DNA from: Hormiphora californensis
Lineage: Eukaryota > Animalia > Ctenophora
Assembly (NCBI GenBank): GCA_020137815.1
Contig: CM035356.1
Coordinates: forward strand, 6,138,001-6,202,000
DNA length: 64,000 nucleotides
Direction of reading: 5' to 3'
Shown: positions 53,617-64,000 of the stretch, piece by piece
Layout: each line of letters begins with the position of its first letter
How positions within the stretch are numbered: position 1 is the first letter of the stretch
Notes under the pieces: model-generated
The model's input: the letters and a program-made list of their open reading frames with translations, nothing else
Databases searched by the model: none
Told to the model about the DNA's origin: nothing
Made by a program: the position numbers and the translations under genes

Positions 53617-54567
53617 CTCTCTCTCACCCTCTCTCTAGTCTCACTCTCTCTCTCTCTCTCTCTCTCACACACTCTCTAATCTCACTCTCTCAAGATCTCG
53701 CTCTCTCTCAACCTCGATCTTGCTTGTGCAAGGTGCCAATATCACCACTCATCTCTCCCTCGCTCTCACACTAAACACATAACAACACAACTGTGTTAAA
53801 CATACTTCACCCCAACCTTCATGAAAGAATAAATGGGGTGAGTTGAGTCGCCTGACACTGGCCAACTAATAAACACGGACCCTGCATTTTTCCAAAATTA
53901 TGCAATTCTTTATCCACCATGTTTTGGTGTGGCTTTCTTGCTATCTCTAGCTCTGTCCTTTTTAAAACTCTGCGGACCTCTCTTCATTTCGTGACTCTCT
54001 CTTATCATCGTAATGATATTAGGACCCTAGTACACTACAAATACTGGCATTATCTAAGAGTTACGAACCGATGTACAAAGCTACGTCTCGCCTTGTTCGA
54101 CCCTATCTCCTTCTCCGCAGCTCGCGGAGGAGGGTTAGAACATAACAAGCTGTCTCTGGTAAACGGCTAAAGTCTCTGTCAAAATCAGTCATAATATAAT
54201 CTTGCCAAATAGAGTCATAAACTGTCAATAATGGCTAAATGGAAAATAAATCTTTATCTCAATATATCTCAGTGGTAAATCTTTAAAAAGTATCTGTTGC
54301 TATTTCACTATAATATATCCAGATCAAAGATAAAAACAACCCTCCCCTTAATTTACCATTCCATAATAAACTGTCAGGCCAATGCTCTGACAGATAATAA
54401 ACATACACACCCCCTGATTTCCACACACACACACAATTGTTCAGCTACTCCTGGACTTGGTTCAGCTACTCCTGCTGCAGCAATATCGCTTCTTGTTCCC
54501 CTCTGATATGTCAATTGTTCAGTACTCCTGCAGCAATATCGCTTCTTCTCCCTCTGATGTCAATTGT

Positions 54568-57500
54568 TCAGTACTCCTGCAATATCGCTTCTTGTTCCCC
54601 TCTAAAATTGGCCAGGAGTGCCATTGTAACACTGTAAACTGGCAGCATGGCTGCATTGGTAGGAAATGCTCGTACTAATGTCGCTGTAACTCCCCTCCAA
54701 AACCCTGTGACATAGTATTTTAGTAAACATCAAACCGTTTTAGTAAATCTCAAACAGTATAACTATCGAGAATAGAACAGTGCAATAACATAATAAAAAT
54801 GACATAATAATAAACGTACCGTGAAAACCCGCTTTGTTGTAAATGTATCGACAACACTCTCTACCATTTCTGTATTTCCTTGCACCTTCCATCCCATCTA
54901 TCTGTATCCGACTTTTCACAACGTCCACCTAGAAATAAAAGTAGATGTTGAGTAAAGGAACAAGAAAATATATAATACAGGGGTAGGGGTTCACATCTTT
55001 CCTTGCCGGCACGCAAATCGCGCCCTACGAATAGGGTTATTTCGTAACCAGAGAGAGAATAGAGGGGGGTTACATTTTCCTATTCCAATATCACCCCATG
55101 GCGTGGTATTATCATGTTGGAAACACAGATCATTATGATGGAAATGTTGGAAATACAGATCATTATCCAGAATGGATTGAATTATTATGATGATGTCAAC
55201 ACAGGATAATCTGCAAGTTGCAGTAAAATGTTCCCGGGAATAAAATCAATTTTTGAATTTATATTCCCAGGAATCTTATTATACAAACAAAACTCCTGTG
55301 GTTAGGACCGCTTAATCCCAGTCTGGCGGCGCCGACCCCATCTGAGAGCACTGTCAAATCCGGGTCCGATGTCTGGCACCGCCAGATTGGTTAATCCCTG
55401 GTAATGGGTTTCCCGCTATAACACTTACGGGGTAATTGATGCCCCAACTTATCATGCCACTGAAGCCCCCAGCTAGCAAGAGATGGAATGAGTTGAGGTC
55501 CGTTAACCGCTTGTGGGGTCCTCTAAACCACTGTATTATAAACTCAAACCTGAAGTAAAGCCATGGTGAGACTGATAAGGAGAGGGCTGAGTGAGAGGGG
55601 GGCTGTCTGGCGCCGCGACCCATCTGAGCGCACTGTCGCACGCTCAGATTTGAGAATCAAATGGGGTATGGCGCCGCCATACAGGAGGGGGGGGTGTGGG
55701 GAAGAGAGATATTGCTCGGATGGAAGTTGTTCGGCCGGAAGTTTGCTTAACAAGGTTGTTCAATGTTTTCATTTGAACATTTTGACCGATACCCCGGGAT
55801 TAATATGTTTACCCACACACCGCGGTACCAGTATAATTCACTTCACAACAACAAGTTGGTTGTTATTTTAACACACATTCACATTTATAATTGGTGGTTA
55901 GCAACTACGTACGCATCACACAAGTGATTGGGATAATCAGTTTGGGAGTCACCGCGTCACACCGCTCAAAGAGCTTGGTAGAACGTCGGCTTAGTATCAC
56001 CAACCAACTAACCAACCAACTACGTACGCTGAGAAGTAGAGACCACATGAGATAAGTTCACGACTAATTGTCAGGCCCAGTCCTCGTTTCATCCCTTGGA
56101 TGCCCTCCGATTTGATTATCTGTGCAATGACGTCTTTGTTCGATAAATGTCGGCTTCCAGCTGAGATGGATCACGAGGTTAAGATAGAGTAAGGGAAGTG
56201 GGCCAACTCACGGGATCAAAATTAAAAGTTATTTGGAGCTCGGCCAGATATATTTGGGGATTTAGAGAGATCCTAGATCACCTGAAACTTGCAGACGACA
56301 CTTTATTAGTTCAACTGGGCCACTAATAAATCCGGCGAGTAATCCTGATGCAGTCCCCGCTATGTACGTGCTCCTGTGGGAAAGAAGGGCTATAAAGTGG
56401 GGATAGTAGTAGGGGGATAATAGTAGGGGTGGCGAAACCGAGGGACTTCTGGGGTGGTCACCACCCGGTGGTGTAACCTTGGTGGTGTAACCTTGTTCCA
56501 TGGGCAGAATTCGGCGAAATTTATTTAGGGCTAGAAAGTAGTAGTAGGGATTCCACCAGATAAATTCAGCCTTCATTATTCTTATCGCCCGGGCCTTTGC
56601 AAACGAGGCCTTACAAAACTCGGGGAATTACTGCCCAGTCATTGTACTACAAACAAGATAACATATACAACATATATTCAACTTACGAAACTTTGGGACG
56701 GTCCATATCGTTGTCAATGGATTGTAGAACGCTTGAATAGACACCAAAAAATATAGCGTTCATGGCACTTGTGCTGACCATGGGAGCCATCATCCCCTTG
56801 TATAAACCCCGAGCCTGGGAAATGGGGAAGTTGTTTTAGTAACACTGTGTCTGAATCAGACATGGAGTCTAGAGTAGGTATTATTTTGAGCTTCTACAGA
56901 AGTATCATTCAGAGAGGTAGTTCAGGGCTCAGGCTGATATATATGAAAGATCATGAAACAATATCCATGATAATGATATCACTAGTGAGCTCAATGATTG
57001 AGTCAATGGGTATCACCGTATTCACTCGAAAAGGTAATAACTCACCCCTTCCTTCGCTAGTGTCTTCCGAAGGCAGTCTGAAAATCCCTTGTACCCCGAA
57101 GTAGTCTGTAACCGAACCTAAGAAAGGAGTTAGATTTGTCATTTTGTCAATCGGAGACAGATTTGTAGATAGATTCAGTGTAGAGAATGCTTGCCAGGCC
57201 CTTGTCAGCGCAAAATGTGCTGCGCGGGCCAATTTGCTAAGTGCTGACAAAGCACTTTCAATGAAAAGGAGAAAATGCGCGCTCCTGAGTTCCACCTCAC
57301 ATGACTAGGACAAAAGGTGACGCTATGAAGTATGAACATGATGTTGTGAGTGAAAGATGTCATCGTGACCACGCGAAGATTTTATGTCATCATGGGACAC
57401 TTTATGACGTAGACCTTCCCAATCTCATTAAGTTTTGTATGCGATACTAGGATATGAGAAATGCAGATAAAGAAAATCAAATTAAAACCCAGATTCCGGC

Positions 57501-58458
57501 CTCAGGGAGGAGGAATATTCATATTTATATGGAGAGCTCTCTCGTAATCTAAAAACCCCGCCCAGAGGCCGGCCTGTTGCAAAAAAGTAAAAACCCTTAA
57601 TTGGGTAGGAGTAGCTAGACAGAACCTGGCACGAAGCCCGGTTATTATCAGACTGTGATGTACTATGTAGCATGATCAAACAGTTAATTTTGTTAATTAG
57701 CAATAAACACTTATTTTCTCTCACTAACATTTCATGTTTCTTTCTCTACGATGTACAAGTCGAGTGACGAGTGTCTGTGAGTTTGTTCTCTCGCCGCTGC
57801 AGCAGCTACTTAGCTCGCGATGAGAAGATGTTTTACGAGTAACAAATTAACTGATGTTAATTCAGGCGGACTCTAGTGCTAACGGACTCTTTATCTAAAT
57901 CCAAGGCGGACTCTATATCTAAAAACGGACTCTTTATCTACAGTTAGATTTTGAAAAAAGTTTAGATAAAGAGTCCTCCCTGTGTAGACTTTTTAGATAA
58001 AGAGTCCGCCCTGTGTAGAATTTTTAGATATAGAGTCCTCTAGTACATTTTGGCGCCAAATCCTCCAACCCGTACTCTATATCTAAAATCCTAACCCAAC
58101 CCAAAACCTAACCCTAACACTAACCCCCACCCTAACCTCGAACCCAAATAACGGCCCTAACACTTCTAAATTAGTATAGGGGTAGAGCAAACTCTCGTTT
58201 CCGGCCTAACGGCCGAAATCTCGAGTTCGCGGCGAAAGGCGGACTCTATATCTAATTTAGATTTATGTAGATATAGAGTCCACTTTGTTTAGACTTTTTA
58301 GATAAAGAGTCCGCCCTGTGTAGACTTTTTAGATAAAGAGTCCTCCTAGAGTTTAGACTTATTTGGACTCTTTATCTAAATCTAAATTTAGATATAGAGT
58401 CCACTGTAGACTTAGAGTGTAGCACTAGAGTCCGCACACCGTTAATTCAGTATTCACC

Positions 58459-58510
<52 letters not shown>

Positions 58511-61105
58511 TCATATTTGTCTTTTTCTAAATGTACAACTTGTACTCTAGCACTTGACGTGAAATTGTTCTACTCAGTAGTACTCGCCATATCTTCTTCT
58601 TTTTATTTTATTTTTCTTCCCAATATAGCAAGATTCTAGATCTGGAAACACATTGAATGATTCAATATTATTGAAACACTATGATTATATCACTCTTTAC
58701 TCCCACGTTCTATCATTATCTACATCATCTCAGTTTAGCACATGTGATATATATTCGTCCCACGGGGTGCATCACATGAGGATAAGGCGTATCACATGTG
58801 GCGTGTCTAAAATAAGCGACATCACCACATGCCGTGCGGCGTGCAATAATACACACGCACCGAGATCATAAACAAAAACACTTTTGCTCTCTTCCTTCCC
58901 GGCGTCATCGTACCGACCTACTTCTATTTATCTTCCACTCCAAGTCCAATGCCAAGGGAGAGACAGACGTCCGACAACTATAATAGCATGGTCTTAGAAC
59001 ACCTATAATCGATATTCAACCCTCCCCCAAAAACACAATCCATCGAATTTTCGGACGAGGCGATAGCCCTGTTTCGAAAATCAGATCTTCGGAATTGTTG
59101 GTGTAAGTCAGTGTGTACAAGAAATCCGGTTTTACCACTTCTCAGAAGTAGGAAGTTGGAGCGCACATTCTATGAAAGATAAACATAACATAGCCGGAAA
59201 ATACAGAGAGAGAGAAGAAAGAGAGATAGATCAGAGATAGAGTGAAGATGAGTTGGGTATGAATCAGGAAACGACCGAACCGGGTTTTTTTCCACCGAAC
59301 CGAACCGAACCGAATTTGAAAAACTTTTTTACAGAACCGAACCGAACCGAACCGAATTTCGGTAACCGAACCGAACCGAACCATACAAAACTTTTTCTAT
59401 ATAAATGTTTCTCTAAAAAGTCATGGAGAGCACCGATCAAGGTATTGAGAATCATTCTCTGAAATTTTGTTAAAAAATGTTTGAAAAAATTTCAAAGTCA
59501 ATTTTGTGAAAAAATTTTCAAAGTCAATTTTATCGTAAATTTTCTATGTCAATTTTTGCGTACGAATCGTGTTTCGAATCGGCAATGCTATACGGGAATG
59601 GTATTGCTAATTAGCAGGATTAAACGAACCATGAATCGTGTCTCTCTAAATTTCCTAATTAGATTTGATGGGGGATCACGTATCAGCACAATCCATCTCG
59701 GACCCACTAATTACCAGCATCACTCCCGTTTAGCATTGTCGATTAGAAACACGATTCGTATACCATAATTTACTTAAAATATTTTTCACAAAAAAAATTT
59801 CACAAAATTTCAGGTAATGATTCTCAATACCTTGATCGATGCTCTCCATGAATTTTTAGAGAAACATTTAATTTTGTGAAAAAACTTTGTAAAATATTTC
59901 AAAGTCAATTTCGGAAAAAAAAATTCTATGTCAATTTTGCCGTACGAATCGTGTTGCGAATCGGTGATGCTATGCGGCAGTGCTCTCGCTAATTAGCAGG
60001 ATTTATTGAAACATGAATCGTTTCCCCTAAACTTCCTAATTAGATTTGATGGGGGATCACGTATCAGCATAATCCATCTCGGACCCACTAATTAGCAACA
60101 TCACTCCCGCTTAGCAATACCGATTCGAAACACGATTCGTACGCAAAAATTGACATAGAAAATTTTCCATAAAATTGACTTTGAAATGTTTTCCAACTTT
60201 TTTACAAAATTTCAGAGAATGATTCTTAACACCTTGATCGGTGCTCTCCATGAATTTTTTGAAAAAAAAAGTTTCTGAATTTGTTGACCCTCTCATGAGG
60301 ACACGATTCGACGGGAAGTCAGGTATCAAATCAATCCATATCGAACCCGCTAACTAGCGAAATCATTTCCACATAGCACCACCGATTCGAAATAGGGTTA
60401 ATACGGCGAAATTGACATTGAAATCCATACAATTTTCGTGAAATAATTGAAAAATTTTGCATGAAAAAGCCCGATGTCTGGGCATTTTTTGACCAAAAAA
60501 TTCGGTGGTTCGGCCAAAATTTCCTACCGAACCGAACCGAACCGAACCGCCCAAAAAACACCGAATTTCCGAACCGAACCGAACCGAACCGAATATTCGG
60601 TCGCTTCCTGGTATGAATATGTGGTGCGGGAGTGAAATATCACGTTTATCTCAACTCAGAAATGCACGTACTATCTGTAGAGCACAGTTCTGCAGATCGG
60701 TTTATTATTATAACTCTCTGAATTTAGTAAATCCCTACATAGTGTGGCATGAGGTAATGTATGCCAAATAGAATAATGTGATCCTCTCTAGCCATACTTG
60801 TCCGGCTTCAAGTATCTTCCCCTGATGCATCCCTTAGTGACACAACCCGAGAGAGAAATGCGACAAGAATTGAAATAAATAAACTGAAAATTCATACTGA
60901 TTCTCAACTTTTTTTACTCCTTCACTGGACAGTGGACACTGTTTAACAATTAAAATAATTAAAACTACAATTTGTGATATTAAACAGTTTTATCGTAAAT
61001 TCTAAAAATAGATAAATTCCTTGTATATCCTTTCTCCTCTCTCCCGGTCTTCAATCGCTTGTGTCTTGCTCTCTACGGCAGTTATTGCAGTTCTCTCTCT
61101 CTCTC

Positions 61106-61163
<58 letters not shown>

Positions 61164-63702
61164 CGTCTCTCTCTCCCTCTACCTTATCCCCCTCTCTCTC
61201 CCTCTCTCTCTCCCTCTCTCTAAATGTGGACAGTGTACTCTGCTGCAGAAGAACGTGTATATCCGCTATATTGAGATCTCGGAACTTTGGACCATTTACA
61301 AGACCAAACAGGAATAAAGCAGTTATATAAATTATGTAAGGAAAAGAAGATAAAATTGAATGTCTGAAGGGTGTGTGTCTGATTTTTTCCACCCGACTCT
61401 AGATTTAAAAATATGAGCTAGTTCTATCGCCTCCTATATGATAATATATGTTCAGCGCTTACAGAATATAGTAACTCTCTACTTATAATAGCGTTGCTAA
61501 GCAACAAGCGACAAGCTATTTCTTTATGACAGAAGAGAAATAGAGCATACACAAAGTATGTGTCATTGTGTCATATGTGTCATTGTGTCATATAATATAC
61601 TTCTGGAGACGTGATGGTGAGGTGTGAACAATGATTGCTGCTCTAATGATTATACCGAATAAAAGATCTACTAGATATTCGTGGTATCATCTAAATTCCA
61701 AGTATCCCCGGCCCATCTAGTTAGGTGGCTAGTTACACCAGAATATATCTGCTTGCAGCGTATTGTTTTCATTTGATAACCCGCTAACAATGTACACACA
61801 GTGCAATCAGAGAGATGAGCGGCCGAGAGATGGGCGGGGGGAGATGAGGGAGGTACTGATGAATATGTTGAAAGGATTCTGTGATGAGGAGGATATGGTG
61901 ATGTACCGGATTAGGGTTCAGTGATCTTCAAAAGCTTCTGTATTCTAGGTAGTTTGTGGAGGTAACTAAAGGATAACTATAGTTACTCAAATTTAGGGTT
62001 ACTAAAATTAGGATAAAGGAATGATCTTTTTCCTGGTGTCGAACAAGGAAATCGTATATCATGACTTTATCAATCAATATTATATCTCTGATCTAATTAA
62101 GGTCATCTTTGATCCCTACTAATGATTAGTTTATCGTACTGCATTTATTGATTATTCGACCAGCGACCCTAAACAAACATCCTGTTGTAAATATATACAG
62201 CCAGCCTGAAATCCAAACCTAGACCCCAGAGCACTGGCCTGGCCTTATAGAACGGTGGTCAGAGTTACTCGAAATTAGAGTTACTAGGAATTACGGCCTC
62301 CCTTGCACCTCCGGAGATCTCCTGGAGCTGGAGACGTCCCCGGGTGATCTCCTTGAGATCTCCCAGCTGGGGGATTATAATAGAAAAACCACCAAAGACG
62401 AAATCTAGCACCAGAAAAGTGACTCAATAACAATTCTGACACACTTTTTTGGCAATGCATAACGTCCCGGGCGGTGCATCTATTATACAGGAACCGACCG
62501 AAACACTGAAACAGGTCAACAACCAAACAGAACTCGTTATTTAGGTCACGTGACTGGTTATCAGCCAATCAGGGACCAGTATTTCCTGCATCTATTATAG
62601 TTCCTCAGCTGGGACCTCACGGGGACGTCTCCAGGAGGTCTCCAGGAGGTGAGGCCGTTAGGATAAAGGAATGATATTGATAGTACGTGCTTTTGCTTGG
62701 TCATATATTACATTGCAATATCATGACTTGATCAATCAAGATATATCTGATCTAATTAAGGTCATATTTGACCCTACTAACTAGTAGTTTATCGTACTGC
62801 ATTTATTGATTATTGAACCCTAAGAAAACATTCCTACTGAAATTATACAGCCAGCCTGAAACCTAGACCCAAGAGCATTGGCCTGGCCCTACAGAACAGC
62901 GGTCAGAGCATTGACTCAACCCCTAATCCCTAATTCGACCGGCATCCCTAAACAAACATCCTAAGCCCCTAATCACTATGAAACCAAAACCTGAAGATGC
63001 AGTTATAACATTCAAAAGTGACTAGCTCATTATATGTATAGATCCTCAAGTGCAACTGTAATTGGTAATTTATGGTTTCTAAGAACTATTAACTATGGAT
63101 TAAAATTTTGTAGACAGAAGTGTGATAAGAGGGGTGAACCAACGTCGACGACGCCCACTTTAGCCATTTAGTGTGTTTTTAATAAAAATTACGAATATAA
63201 TTTCTCAAAGTTACCTTAATTGTATCGAATGGATGTCCAACTATAAGCCCCGCCGCCCCTGAAAAAAAGGAGTGTTAGTTTGGTGTACGTGATGTGTCGT
63301 GGTACCCGTTAGACAAACACAGGACACCACAGGAGCAGGAAGGCACAAGACAAACAGGGGAAGAGGCGGTATTTCTGTAATACAAAATGAAAGTCCAAGA
63401 GACACAGAATACGAGGGGAGTACCGGTATTAAAAATAACACGAATTCCTAAATAAATACTATGTTAAAATAAGCTGGGTATTACTCTTTACACCCATCGA
63501 ATGGAACATTGTACAAGTGAATTGAGACATGTGTGATTACCAGGAACCGACCGAATCAGGAGATACTGGTTCCTGATTGGCTGATAACCAGTCACGTGAC
63601 CTAAATAACGATTTCTGATTGGTTGTTTACTTGTTTCGGTCGGTTCCTGGTAGTGTGATTACCTGCAGCTGTGCCAGATATGAAACCGTCAATATGACTC
63701 AT
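54568..63702 (-). CDS. Mitochondrial carrier SLC25 (carnitine/basic amino-acid carrier, SLC25A29/45/48-like)
   Basis: Exons approx. 63663-63702 (MSHIDGFISGTAA), 63215-63258 (GHPFDTIK), 57047-57117 (VRLQ..EG), 56687-56814, 56287-56373 (GPVELIKCRLQ), 56028-56160, 55430-55548, 54819-54927 (DVVKSRIQ), 54568-54704 (RAFPTNAA); three Px[D/E]xx[K/R] signatures. Confidence 0.88.
57865..58440. mobile_element. Mutator-like MITE with subterminal GGACTCTTTATCTAAA arrays and CCTAAC-rich core
   Basis: TIR GCGGACTCTAGTGCTA; 9-bp TSD GTTAATTCA (57856-57864, 58441-58449). Confidence 0.8.
59265..60610. mobile_element. hAT-type non-autonomous transposon
   Basis: TIR CAGGAA.CGACCGAA, perfect 8-bp TSD GTATGAAT, (CCGAA)n subterminal repeats, internal inverted duplications. 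Confidence 0.9.
62008..62908. repeat. Diverged ~250-bp direct duplication
   Basis: ~62008-62262 resembles ~62658-62908. Confidence 0.7.
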
Positions 63703-64000
63703 TCTAGCTCATTTCCTTGGTCTTCTTCTTTTCAGTGCAGAATAACTTGCACAATTCGTTTCGTTGTAGATTAGTTATGTGCCGCGTGTGGCAAGGGGTC
63801 CTCACACGCAATTATCTCAGTTTGAGCAGATTGATCAACAACAAAATAGGTCGTGTGATTAAGTTCTTGCTGGCCCTAAGCTTAAATAGTGGCAGGCTTG
63901 AGATTAATTAAATGTCGTCACATCAGGATATAACCCGGATATATCAGATAATCAGGCCCTGATATCCTGAATTGTCTTACGGGCGATAGCCTATCTAGAC

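Noticed and set aside
53463-54568. Functional mitochondrial cluster (TSPO next to SLC25)
   Set aside because: Convergent orientation; two-gene adjacency can be chance without synteny data
58900-61400. Nested gene in the 6-kb SLC25 intron
   Set aside because: Only short ORFs without recognisable domains; region dominated by MITEs and microsatellites

Overview
Intron-rich eukaryotic genomic DNA, almost certainly from a cydippid ctenophore (Pleurobrachia/Hormiphora type). A genomic copy of the ctenophore spliced-leader sequence is present at 3279-3321 (-), and gene-in-intron nesting and microsatellite/MITE density fit. Genes reconstructed by hand from GT-AG exons: ankyrin+MYND protein (10855-12500 +); C-factor-like SDR (12743-13450 +); a divergent SLC6/NSS transporter (13772-29357 -) whose ~7.8 kb intron holds two antisense frameshifted GPCRs and a young LINE; a Frizzled-CRD + 2xLDLa + NTR protein (29773-~33276 -); an integrin beta (36292-47608 -); TSPO (51242-53463 +); and an SLC25 carrier (54568-63702 -). 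The most notable signal is in the integrin beta: after the last ectodomain exon lies a tandem array of four in-phase alternative transmembrane exons. Three end in short NPxY-less tails, and only the distal one leads to the canonical signalling tail. TSPO likewise has duplicated alternative first (TM1) exons. Also present: an SL-capped retrocopy, operon-like gene pairs, minisatellites built from splice sites, and many MITEs. All gene models are manual and unverified by transcripts.
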